Position numbers and translations under genes: made by a program
Part shown: positions 10,274 through 18,603 of the stretch, piece after piece
How the letters are laid out: each line of letters starts with the position of its first letter
How positions within the stretch are numbered: position 1 is the stretch's first letter
The notes under the pieces: model-generated
Told to the model about the DNA's origin: nothing
The model's input: the letters and a program-made list of their open reading frames with translations, nothing else
Databases searched by the model: none
Source: Aquabacterium sp.
Lineage (GTDB): Bacteria; Pseudomonadota; Gammaproteobacteria; Burkholderiales; Burkholderiaceae_C
Reading direction: 5' to 3'
DNA: 64,000 nt
NCBI GenBank assembly: GCA_029865965.1
Contig: JARXAJ010000182.1
Span: 12,844 to 76,843, forward strand

Positions 10274-10693
10274 TCAGGCGCAGCTGGGCTGCTTGCTGCA
10301 GGGCCCGGCCACCGGCGCGGGAAGGTCCAGTGCCTTGGTGGCCAGCTCGGTCGCGTCCAGCCACACCCGGCCGCCGTCCACCCGGCAGGCAAAGGCGGGG
10401 GTGCAGCCTTCGTCGGGCGCGCGGGCCGTGCCGTCGGCCAGGGCAATCGTCCAGTTGTGCAGCGGGCAGGCCACTGCATCGCCATGCACGATGCCCTGGC
10501 TCAGCGGCCCGCCCTTGTGCGGGCAGCGGTCGAGCAGGGCGAACACCCGGTCGTCGGCGGTGCGGAACACCGCCACCGCCATGCCCTGCGGCCGGGCCAC
10601 GCGGCGGGCGCCGAGCGGGGGGATGTCGGTCACCGCGCAGATGGCGGTCCAGTCGGCGGGCTGCCCGTGCATGGGGATCTCGGCGCGGCGCAT
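10274..10693 (-). CDS. nirD: Nitrite reductase small subunit (Rieske-type)
   Basis: DRCPHKGGPLSQG and CPLHNW; ATG overlaps the nirB stop. Confidence 0.93.
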   Translation of the reverse strand: MRRAEIPMHGQPADWTAICAVTDIPPLGARRVARPQGMAVAVFRTADDRVFALLDRCPHKGGPLSQGIVHGDAVACPLHNWTIALADGTARAPDEGCTPAFACRVDGGRVWLDATELATKALDLPAPVAGPCSKQPSCA

Positions 10694-13167
10694 CACGCGA
10701 TCACCGGCAGGTTGGGGGTGATGGCGCTGAACTGCCGCAGGTCGACCTGGGCCTTGGCATGCTCGAACCAGGGGTCGGGCTCGCCGTCCAGGCTGAACTG
10801 CAGCTTGGCCCACAGCGCGCGCCGGCCTTCATGGTCGTCGAGGATCTTCTTCTTCACATGGTCCAGCCCCACGCGGTGCACATAGTGCACGGTGCGTTCC
10901 AGGTACCAGCCTTCCTCGCGGTAGAGCTGGCAGAAGGCGCCGGTGTATTCCAGCACCTCGTCGGGCGTCTTCAGCTTGGTGAAGAACTGCGCCACCTCGG
11001 TCTTGATGCCGCCGTTGCCGGCCACGTACATCTCCCAGCCGCTGTCGACACCGATGATGCCCACGTCCTTGATGCCGGCCTCGGCGCAATTGCGCGGGCA
11101 GCCGCTGACCGCAAACTTCACCTTGTGCGGCGCGTACATGCGCCACATGGCGCGCTCCAGGTCCTTGCCCATCTGGGTGCTGTCCTGGGTGCCGAAGCGG
11201 CACCACTCCGATCCCACGCAGGTCTTCACCGTGCGCAGCGCCTTGGCATAGGCATGTCCGCTGGGCATGCCGATGTCCTTCCACACGCCAGGCAGGTCTT
11301 CCTTCTTCACGCCCAGCAGGTCGATGCGCTGGCCGCCTGTGACCTTGACGGTGGGGATCTTGTACTTGTCGACCGCATTGGCGATGCGGCGCAGTTCGTC
11401 GGCGGTGGTCTCGCCGCCCCACATGCGCGGGATGACGCTGTAGGTGCCGTCCTTCTGGATGTTGGCGTGGCTGCGTTCGTTGATGTAGCGGCTCTGCGGG
11501 TCGTCCTGCGCCTCCTTGGGCCAGCTGCTGATCAGGTAGTAGTTGATGGCCGGGCGGCAACTGCTGCAGCCGTTGGGCGTGCGCCAGCCGAGGGCCTGGT
11601 AGACGCCGTCGATGGTCAGCAGCTTCTGGCTGCGGATGGCGTCGCGCGCTTCCTGGTGGCTGGTGTCGGTGCAGCCGCACATCGCCTTCTTCCGGGGCGC
11701 GGCGGAATAGTCGCCGCCGGCGGTGAACATCAGCAGTTGCTCGACCAGGCCGGTGCATGACCCACAGCTGGCGCTGGCCTTGGTGTGCTTGCGCACTTCT
11801 TCCAGCGTGAACAGGCCCTTGTCCTTGATGGCCTTGCAGATGCTGCCCTTGGTGACGCCGTTGCAGCCGCACACCTCGTCGCTGTCGGCCATCGCAGCCG
11901 TCTTGTTGTGGCCCTGGTGGCCCACGTCACCGATGTTGGAGGTGCTGAAAGTCTGACCGAACATCAGCTTGTCGCGGATGTCACCGATGGGCCGGCCATC
12001 GCGCAGCAGCTTGAAGTACCAGCTGCCATCCACCGTGTCGCCATACAGGCAGGCACCGATCAGCTTGTCGTCGCGGATGACCAGCTTCTTGTAGACGCCA
12101 CCGAAGGGGTCGCTCATCACGATCTCTTCGGTGCCGGCGCCGCCCATGAAGTCGCCGGCAGAAAACAGGTCGATGCCGGTCACTTTCAGCTTGGTGCTGG
12201 TCTGGCTGCCGGTGTAGCGGCCGATGCCGAACTGCGCCAGGTGGGTGGCGCAGACCTTGCCCTGCTCAAACAGCGGCGCCACCAGGCCGTAGGCGATGCC
12301 GCGGTGGGCCGCGCATTCGCCCACGGCGTAGATGCGCGGGTCGGTGGTGGTCTGCAAGGTGTCGCTGACGACGATGCCGCGCTGGCAGTGCAGGCCCATC
12401 TTTTCGGCCAGCTGGGTGTTGGGGCGGATGCCGGCGGCCATCACCACCAGGTCGGCCGGGATCTCGCTGCCGTCCTTGAACTGCACTGCCATCACGCGGC
12501 CACCCTGGCCGCCATCCGCATCGCCGATCAGGGCCTGGGTCTGCGCGCCGATCAGGAACTTCAGGCCCCGCGCTTCCAGTGACTGCCGCAGCAGGCCGCC
12601 CGCCACGTCATCGAGCTGGCGATCCATCAGCCAGGGGGCGATGTGCACCACCGTCACCTGCATGCCGCGCAGCATCAGGCCGTTGGCGGCCTCCAGGCCC
12701 AGCAGGCCGCCGCCGATCACCACCGCATGGCGGTGGGTCCGTGCGGTGGCGATCATGGTTTCGGTGTCGGCGATGTCGCGGTAGGCGATCACGCCGTCCA
12801 GGTCCTTGCCCGGCACCGGCAGGATGAAGGGCAGGCTGCCGGTGGCGATCAGCAGGCGGTCGTACGCAGCGGTGGTGCCGTCATCGGCGATCACCAGGCG
12901 CCTGGTGCGGTCGACCTGCGTCACCGTCTTGCCCAGGTGCAGGGTGATGCCGTGCTCGGCATACCAGCTCAGCGGGTTCAGGATGATCTGGTCGATGGTC
13001 TGCTCACCGGCCAGCACCGGGCTCAGCAGGATGCGGTTGTAGTTGGGGTGCGGCTCGGCGCCGAAGACGGTGATGTCGTGCAGGTCGGGTGCGATCTTCA
13101 GCAACTCTTCCAGCGTGCGCACGCCGGCCATGCCGTTGCCGATCAACACCAGTTTCATTTTTTTCAT
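10693..13167 (-). CDS. nirB: NAD(P)H nitrite reductase large subunit
   Basis: IGNGMAG, CGCNGV, ANIQKDGTYS, RTVKTCVGSEWC, SGCPRNC siroheme/4Fe-4S motifs; start MKKMKLV with AGGAG RBS. Confidence 0.97.
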   Translation of the reverse strand: MKKMKLVLIGNGMAGVRTLEELLKIAPDLHDITVFGAEPHPNYNRILLSPVLAGEQTIDQIILNPLSWYAEHGITLHLGKTVTQVDRTRRLVIADDGTTAAYDRLLIATGSLPFILPVPGKDLDGVIAYRDIADTETMIATARTHRHAVVIGGGLLGLEAANGLMLRGMQVTVVHIAPWLMDRQLDDVAGGLLRQSLEARGLKFLIGAQTQALIGDADGGQGGRVMAVQFKDGSEIPADLVVMAAGIRPNTQLAEKMGLHCQRGIVVSDTLQTTTDPRIYAVGECAAHRGIAYGLVAPLFEQGKVCATHLAQFGIGRYTGSQTSTKLKVTGIDLFSAGDFMGGAGTEEIVMSDPFGGVYKKLVIRDDKLIGACLYGDTVDGSWYFKLLRDGRPIGDIRDKLMFGQTFSTSNIGDVGHQGHNKTAAMADSDEVCGCNGVTKGSICKAIKDKGLFTLEEVRKHTKASASCGSCTGLVEQLLMFTAGGDYSAAPRKKAMCGCTDTSHQEARDAIRSQKLLTIDGVYQALGWRTPNGCSSCRPAINYYLISSWPKEAQDDPQSRYINERSHANIQKDGTYSVIPRMWGGETTADELRRIANAVDKYKIPTVKVTGGQRIDLLGVKKEDLPGVWKDIGMPSGHAYAKALRTVKTCVGSEWCRFGTQDSTQMGKDLERAMWRMYAPHKVKFAVSGCPRNCAEAGIKDVGIIGVDSGWEMYVAGNGGIKTEVAQFFTKLKTPDEVLEYTGAFCQLYREEGWYLERTVHYVHRVGLDHVKKKILDDHEGRRALWAKLQFSLDGEPDPWFEHAKAQVDLRQFSAITPNLPVIA

Positions 13168-13414
13168 GCGGGGCTCCTGCGGACAGGTGGGCTGCCGGAG
13201 CCTGGCCGCCCCGCGCATGGGCGCTGGGCGGGTGCCGGGGCAGCAGGATGCAGGCAGGGCGCGTGGGTGCAACTGCACCGGCTGCGGCGGCCCCGGGGCC
13301 TGCCAGGGTGGGCCGCGCAGCATGGCGGCCCCGGACGTGGTGCACTGCCCCAGGCGGGGCAGGCGGCCGGCATGACCGGCCCAGGTGCATCGTCACACCC
13401 GACGCACAAACCGT

Positions 13415-13430
13415 TGCAGCATCCATGCCA
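13415..13430 (-). promoter_or_regulatory. Putative sigma54 promoter for nirBD-nasA
   Basis: Minus strand TGGCATGGATGCTGCA (GG-N10-GC). Confidence 0.6.
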
Positions 13431-13436
13431 GCACCC

Positions 13437-13451
13437 TGGCATGGACGGTGC
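13437..13451 (+). promoter_or_regulatory. Putative sigma54 promoter for the ANTAR regulator gene
   Basis: TGGCATGGACGGTGC (GG-N10-GC) about 64 nt before the ATG at 13515. Confidence 0.55.
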
Positions 13452-13514
13452 CTGTGGCTTGTGCATCCCCGGCCTGCCCATGGGCGCTGCGCCGCCTGCC
13501 TCTTGCCCATCACG

Positions 13515-14831
13515 ATGCCGCTCCTGATCACCTGCCCCGACAACCCGCCGTGCCTGGCCGATGCCCGGGCGCTGGTCGATGGTCTGCAAGCCGCCGGGGT
13601 GGCGGCCAGCGGGCCGGTGCATTGCCACATGTTGGTGCGTGAGGTCGTTCGCCTTGCACCGGAAGCGGTCCTGGTGCTTGCGCCCGCGCTGGACGTGCCG
13701 CTGCATGATGCCTTGGCCCTGCTGGCCGGCAGTGCGGCCAGGCCAGTATTGCTGGCCACTGCGGCCGCACCCCCGGCCGATCTGCAGCCCTGGCTGGACC
13801 TGAACCTGGTGGCCTGGCTGCCGGCGTCGCCCGGTATCCAGGCGGTTGTGGCGGCGCTGCCACTGGCGCTGGCCCGCTTCGCCCGCGACCAGGCCCAGCA
13901 GCAGGCCCTGGCCGGCGCCTTGGCCCGGCTGGATGAGCGCAAGTGGGTCGACCGCGCCAAGGGCGTGCTGATGCGCGCCCAGCAGCTCAGCGAGGACGAT
14001 GCCTTTGCTCTGCTGCGCACCGCATCGATGCAGGCCAACCTGCGGGTGGGCGAGGTGTCGCGCAGCCTGATCGAGGCGGCCCAGGCGGCCGACGCCATCA
14101 ACCGTGCCGGCCAGCTGCGCATGCTGTCACAGCGCCATGTGAAGGCGTTGGCACTGCGGGCAGTGGCGCGCGGCCGCATCGAGGACACCCTGGCCGAGAC
14201 GGCCCAGCGCCTGCAGCGCAACCTGGACTGGCTGGGCAAGCTGAACCTGCCGCCGGCCGTGGGCGACCTGTTGGACGCCACGCGCGCCGCCTGGGCCGCG
14301 CTGCAGCACATTGCCCGGCCGGTGGCTGCCCCCGGGGGGCCGCGCGCCGGCCTGGCCTGGCCGGCGCTGCTGGCCGAAACCGATACCCTGGCCGAGCAAC
14401 TGCTGGCCAGTGCCGACGCCTTGACTGCCGCGCTGGAGGCTGCCAGCGGCCGCCGCAACCTGCAGGTGATCAACCTCAGTGGGCGCCAGCGCATGCTGGC
14501 CCAGCGCCTGGCCAAGCAGGCCCTGCTGGCCGGCCTGCTGCCCGCGCCGCAGGCAGCAGCCCATGCCGCCGCTGCAGCCCAGACGGTGCGTGAGTTCGAG
14601 ACCGCGCTGGCAGCCCTGGAGCAAGCGCCGCTGGCCACCGATGCCATCCGTGCCGCGCTGGCCCAGGCGCGGGGCCAGTGGCAGCGCCTGCTCGAGGGCC
14701 TGCGCGGCATCGACGGGCCTGAGGCCGCCATCGGCCGGGCTGCGTTGGCGCGCGAGAGCGAGGCCCTGGTGGCCAGCTTCGAGCAGCTGACCTCGCTGTA
14801 TGAGCACAGCATGCAGGTCTTGCTGGGCTGA
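13515..14831 (+). CDS. ANTAR-domain regulator with degenerate receiver-like N-terminus and two NarX/PilJ-type nitrate-sensing domains
   Basis: ANTAR LDERKWVDRAKGVLMRAQQLSEDDAFALLRTASM; P-box-like DAINRAGQLRMLSQR and VINLSGRQRMLAQR; divergent from nirB. Confidence 0.88.
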   Translation: MPLLITCPDNPPCLADARALVDGLQAAGVAASGPVHCHMLVREVVRLAPEAVLVLAPALDVPLHDALALLAGSAARPVLLATAAAPPADLQPWLDLNLVAWLPASPGIQAVVAALPLALARFARDQAQQQALAGALARLDERKWVDRAKGVLMRAQQLSEDDAFALLRTASMQANLRVGEVSRSLIEAAQAADAINRAGQLRMLSQRHVKALALRAVARGRIEDTLAETAQRLQRNLDWLGKLNLPPAVGDLLDATRAAWAALQHIARPVAAPGGPRAGLAWPALLAETDTLAEQLLASADALTAALEAASGRRNLQVINLSGRQRMLAQRLAKQALLAGLLPAPQAAAHAAAAAQTVREFETALAALEQAPLATDAIRAALAQARGQWQRLLEGLRGIDGPEAAIGRAALARESEALVASFEQLTSLYEHSMQVLLG

Positions 14832-15022
14832 TTCTGCGGTTTTTGCTGGGTTGAATTGCGGCACCGCCGGGCCGTACTTCGGGCGATCCATCACTTCGGC
14901 AGGCTGCGGTGCTGGATATCATTGATCTTAGGGAGTGCCCCCGGGTTCAGCTTGCCGATCCGGGGGGTGCTGCCCAGAATCGACTCGTGGCCTCCCCCAG
15001 CCCCGGCGCCCCGCCCGCACCC

Positions 15023-16051
15023 ATGACATTTCATCTCGCGACCGAGCGTGTTGCCGCCCCGAGCACAGGGCGGGTTGACCGTGGGCAATGTGATGCGCTG
15101 GTGGCCCAGGCGCTGCTGGCCCAGGCCCATCAACAGGGTCTGGCGGTGGCCGTCAAGTCCGCTGACGATGGCTGTTACCAATGGGCCAATGATGCCTTTG
15201 CCGCCTTGTTCGGCACCGACACGCCCGGCCTGGTCGGGCGCACCGACGCCGACTGGCTGGACACCAGCGCTGCTGCGCAGCTGCGGTCGGCCGACCACAC
15301 CGCGCTGGCCCAGGGTGCCGAACTGGCCAGCGAGCACCGCTTCGACCTGCGTGGCGAGCGGCGTGAGTTCAAGGTGCTGCGGGTGGTGTCGCCCGCAGCC
15401 GACAAGCGCCTGATCTGCAGCATCTGGCACGACCTGGCGCCGCAGCGCCAGCGTGATGGGCAACTGCGTCTGGCCCTCGGCCAGCTGGAACAGCAGCAGA
15501 AGGCCAACGATGCCCTGCGGCTCGAGCTGGCCGGGCAAGGCCTGCGCGACCAGGCCAGCGGCCTCAACAGCCGCGCCCATTTCGACGACCAGATGCGCCG
15601 CGAGCTCGACCTGTCCACGCGGGAGCACCGCGAGTTCGCGCTGGTCTACATGGCGCTCGACCCCTTCAATGTCAAGGCCGGCGCGCTGGGCGCCCCTGCG
15701 CAGGACCGCATCTGTGAAGCCATGGGCCGGCTGCTGCGCGGCAACACCCGGGTCATGGACGCCAGCTGCCGCATGGACGACCGGCACTTTGCGGTGCTGT
15801 TGTCGGGCGTGGGCCTGGCCACCGCCCACAGCCGCATGGAGGGCCTGCGCCGCCAGTGCGCCACCCAGATCGTCATGCTCGATGGGCAAGAACTGGGCTT
15901 CAGTGTGGCCATGGGCGTGGCCAGCTTTCCCCACACGGCCCAAGGGCATGATGAACTGGTGACCGCCTGCTCGGCCGCCCTGGCCGAGGCCAAGCGCCGT
16001 GGCGGCAACACCGTGGCGCTGGCCAGCATCCGGTTCGAAGCCGGGGGCTGA
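15023..16051 (+). CDS. PAS + degenerate GGDEF domain protein
   Basis: PAS-like YQWANDAFAALFG...LVGRTD; coiled coil; RDQASGLNSR; signature site reads RMDDRHF; AKRRGGN. Confidence 0.85.
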   Translation: MTFHLATERVAAPSTGRVDRGQCDALVAQALLAQAHQQGLAVAVKSADDGCYQWANDAFAALFGTDTPGLVGRTDADWLDTSAAAQLRSADHTALAQGAELASEHRFDLRGERREFKVLRVVSPAADKRLICSIWHDLAPQRQRDGQLRLALGQLEQQQKANDALRLELAGQGLRDQASGLNSRAHFDDQMRRELDLSTREHREFALVYMALDPFNVKAGALGAPAQDRICEAMGRLLRGNTRVMDASCRMDDRHFAVLLSGVGLATAHSRMEGLRRQCATQIVMLDGQELGFSVAMGVASFPHTAQGHDELVTACSAALAEAKRRGGNTVALASIRFEAGG

Positions 16052-16070
16052 CCGGGTTGTGCGGCGCCGC

Positions 16071-16889
16071 TCAGTGCACCAGCATCTTCCACAGCATGAA
16101 GCCGGCCAGGCCGTACAGCAGCACGGCAAACACTTTCTTCAGCCGTTTGGTGTCGAGCCGGTGCGCAGCGCGCGCGCCGTGCGGTGCCATCACCACGCTG
16201 GCCAGTGCCAGCACGGCCAGCGCCGGCAGCGACAGGTAGCCCAGCGTGCCGGGCAGCGGTGACGGCAGGCCCCAGCCGGCGATCACATAACCGGCGACGC
16301 TGGACAAGGCGATCGGGAAACCCAACGCCGCGCTGGTGGCCACCGCGTGGTGGATGGCCACGTTGCACCACACCATGAACGGCACCGACATGAAGGCCCC
16401 GCCCGCGCCGACCAGCCCCGCCACCAGGCCGATCGCGCCGCCGGCAGCCGTGGCGCCCACCGGGCCGGGCATCTGCCGACCGGGCTGCGGCTTGCGGTCG
16501 CGCAGCATCTGCGTGGCCGAAAAGCCCACGAAACACGCAAAGAGCAGGCCCAGGGCCTGGCCCTTGATCAGCGCAAACAGGCCAGCCCCCGACAGCAGGC
16601 CGCCGGCCACGATGCCTGGGGCCAGTGTCTTCACCAGATCCCAGCGCACGGCGCCGCGGGCATGGTGGGCACGCACGCTGCTGACCGAGGTGAACAGGAT
16701 GGTGGCCATCGCGGTGGCCACCGCCATCTTCAGCGCCAGGCCCGCCTCGACACCGCGGTTGCTGAAGATCACGGTCAGGAAGGGCACCATCAGCATGCCC
16801 CCGCCAATGCCCAGCAGGCCGGCCAGAAAGCCGGTGCAGCAGCCCAGCAGCAGCAGTTCCACCACCAGGGTGGGGTCGAGCAGCGCCAT
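16071..16889 (-). CDS. TauE/SafE family sulfite exporter
   Basis: GFLAGLLGIGGG and GLVGAGGAF repeats, multi-TM. Confidence 0.92.
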   Translation of the reverse strand: MALLDPTLVVELLLLGCCTGFLAGLLGIGGGMLMVPFLTVIFSNRGVEAGLALKMAVATAMATILFTSVSSVRAHHARGAVRWDLVKTLAPGIVAGGLLSGAGLFALIKGQALGLLFACFVGFSATQMLRDRKPQPGRQMPGPVGATAAGGAIGLVAGLVGAGGAFMSVPFMVWCNVAIHHAVATSAALGFPIALSSVAGYVIAGWGLPSPLPGTLGYLSLPALAVLALASVVMAPHGARAAHRLDTKRLKKVFAVLLYGLAGFMLWKMLVH

Positions 16890-17362
16890 CAGGCTGTTGC
16901 TCCGTCAGCCACCAGCAGTTGCAGCACGGCATCCCACTCGGCGCGGGTGACCGGCGTGATCGACAGCCGGCTGCCGCGCTGCAGCAGGCCCATGGAGGTG
17001 AGTTCGGGCTGTTCACGCATGCGGCGCAGCGGCAGCAGTGGCGTCTTCTGCACCAGGGCCACGTCGACCAGCAGCCAGCGCGGCGCGGCGGCAGTGGCCT
17101 TGGGGTCGAAGTAGGGGCTGGCGGGATCGAATTGGGTGGGGTCGGGGTAGGCGGTGCTGGCCACGCGGGCGATGCCGGCTACGCCGGGCTCGGCACACGA
17201 CGAGTGGTAGAACAACACGCCGTCACCCAGGCACATGGCGTCGCGCATGAAGTTGCGGGCCTGGTAATTACGCACGCCCACCCAGGGCACGGTGGCCTGC
17301 GGGGCGCAGGCCAGGTCGTCGATCGAGCACGTGGCCGGCTCGCTTTTCATCAGCCAAAACAT
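16889..17362 (-). CDS. EVE domain protein
   Basis: FWLMKSEP, WVGVRNYQARNFM, FYHS, RLSITPV. Confidence 0.95.
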   Translation of the reverse strand: MFWLMKSEPATCSIDDLACAPQATVPWVGVRNYQARNFMRDAMCLGDGVLFYHSSCAEPGVAGIARVASTAYPDPTQFDPASPYFDPKATAAAPRWLLVDVALVQKTPLLPLRRMREQPELTSMGLLQRGSRLSITPVTRAEWDAVLQLLVADGATA

Positions 17363-17368
17363 GGGGGG

Positions 17369-17551
17369 GTGTCCGTTGCAGAACCGTGGACCGCATTCCT
17401 GATCCCAAGGGGGAGATCAGGTGGGCGAGGTCAGCGAGGCTTCGGGTTCATCTGACGCGAGACGATCACGCCAGCCTTGCGATGTTCCAAGCCCTGGCTC
17501 AAAGAGCATCGGATCAAGGAAATATAAAGCCCACAGACCGCAACGGACGGC
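17369..17551 (-). ncRNA. ssrS: 6S RNA
   Basis: ~180-nt element after zapA with paired ends (GTCCGTTGC/GCAACGGAC), ATATTTCCTTGATCCG 5' bubble, CTGATC...GATCAGG 3' stem, and TAGAAT -10 box just upstream. Confidence 0.85.
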
Positions 17552-17594
17552 CCCATTCTAGGCACGACCGATGGCCCTGGTGGCGTGTCTTTTG

Positions 17595-17936
17595 TCACAG
17601 CAGCTGGCCGTCCTGGCCCAGCACGCCGTCGATGCGGTGGATCAGGTGTTCGACATCGATCTCGCCGTCGGCCACGGCCAGCGCCGGGGCGGGGGCGGGG
17701 GCGGGGACGGGGGCGGATGTGTCCGCCACCACGTGCGCTTGCTCCGCCCGCTGATAGGCCAGGTTCAACGCGGTCAGCACGGCGATGCGTTCACGCGCTT
17801 TCACCTTGCCGGCGTTGCGGATGGCGCTCATCTCGCGGTCGACGATGGCCACGGCCTCGCGCAGCAGGGTTTCGCCATCGGGCGGGCAGGCCAGCATGTA
17901 GCTCTGGCCAAGAATGGTGGCTTCGATCTGCTTCAT
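17595..17936 (-). CDS. zapA: Cell division protein ZapA
   Basis: MKQIEATILGQSYMLACP...ERIAVLTALNLA. Confidence 0.93.
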   Translation of the reverse strand: MKQIEATILGQSYMLACPPDGETLLREAVAIVDREMSAIRNAGKVKARERIAVLTALNLAYQRAEQAHVVADTSAPVPAPAPAPALAVADGEIDVEHLIHRIDGVLGQDGQLL

Positions 17937-18172
17937 GCGGTGCCCGTCTTGCGGGCCGCTGCCGGGGTGGCGCTGGCCACCGGGTCAGCGGGCAGGCGGT
18001 CGAGCAGGGCGTCAATGCGTGCGCGGGCGGCGGAAAGGCGCGAGCGCAGGTTGTCACGCTCACTGGTCACGGCACCCAGCTGGGACTGGAGCAGGGCATT
18101 GGTGCGCTGCAGTTCCTCTTGGCGCAACACCAGCCGTTCGATCCGCTCGGCAAGGTCATCGAGTCTTGACAT
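17933..18172 (-). CDS. ZapB-like coiled-coil protein (DUF904)
   Basis: MSRLDDLAERIERLVLRQEELQRTN...ARARIDALLDRLP; overlaps zapA start. Confidence 0.85.
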   Translation of the reverse strand: MSRLDDLAERIERLVLRQEELQRTNALLQSQLGAVTSERDNLRSRLSAARARIDALLDRLPADPVASATPAAARKTGTA

Positions 18173-18290
18173 GGGCTGGCGCTGCCTCCTGTTGAAGCGA
18201 CGCATTGTAAGTGGGCGGGGCGCGGCGCCCACCCAGCGGCCCGGGGGCGCTGGGCGCGCGGGCCGCCAACCTTGCTGGGTTACGATGTTG

Positions 18291-18518
18291 GTTGTTGGTG
18301 CTCTGGCCGCCTTTCTTGACGGCCAGGTTAAACGGGAAGCAGGAAGGCGATGGCCCCACGGGCCGCCACCCAACCTGCGCTGCCCCCGCAACGGTAAGCG
18401 GACGTGGCCGATCCCTTCGGGGTGAGGCCGCAGTCCCTGTGTCTGACGCCACTGGCCGCGCGAGCGGTTGGGAAGGCCACAGGGGTTGTTTCCGCCAGCC
18501 CGGATACCGGCCAACAAG
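18291..18518 (+). promoter_or_regulatory. Cobalamin riboswitch
   Basis: GGTG...TTAAACGGGAAGCAGG, CTGCCCCCGCAACGGT, GCCACTG...GGGAAGG, B12-box AGCCCGGATACCGGCC; P1 TTGTTGG/CCAACAA; upstream of btuB. Confidence 0.95.
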
Positions 18519-18603
18519 GTGGTGTGCGCCCCTGACGCGCACCGTGTGTTGGCCGGCTGCGGGGAAGCAGCGGGCCACAGGTCTTTTGTGGTGTCTCCCT
18601 CCA

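Noticed and set aside
13089-13514. N-terminal extensions given by the ORF track for the ANTAR gene, nirB, nasA, btuB, tyrB, hscA and others
   Set aside because: Low-complexity extensions overlapping neighbours, promoters or the riboswitch; downstream starts match family N-termini
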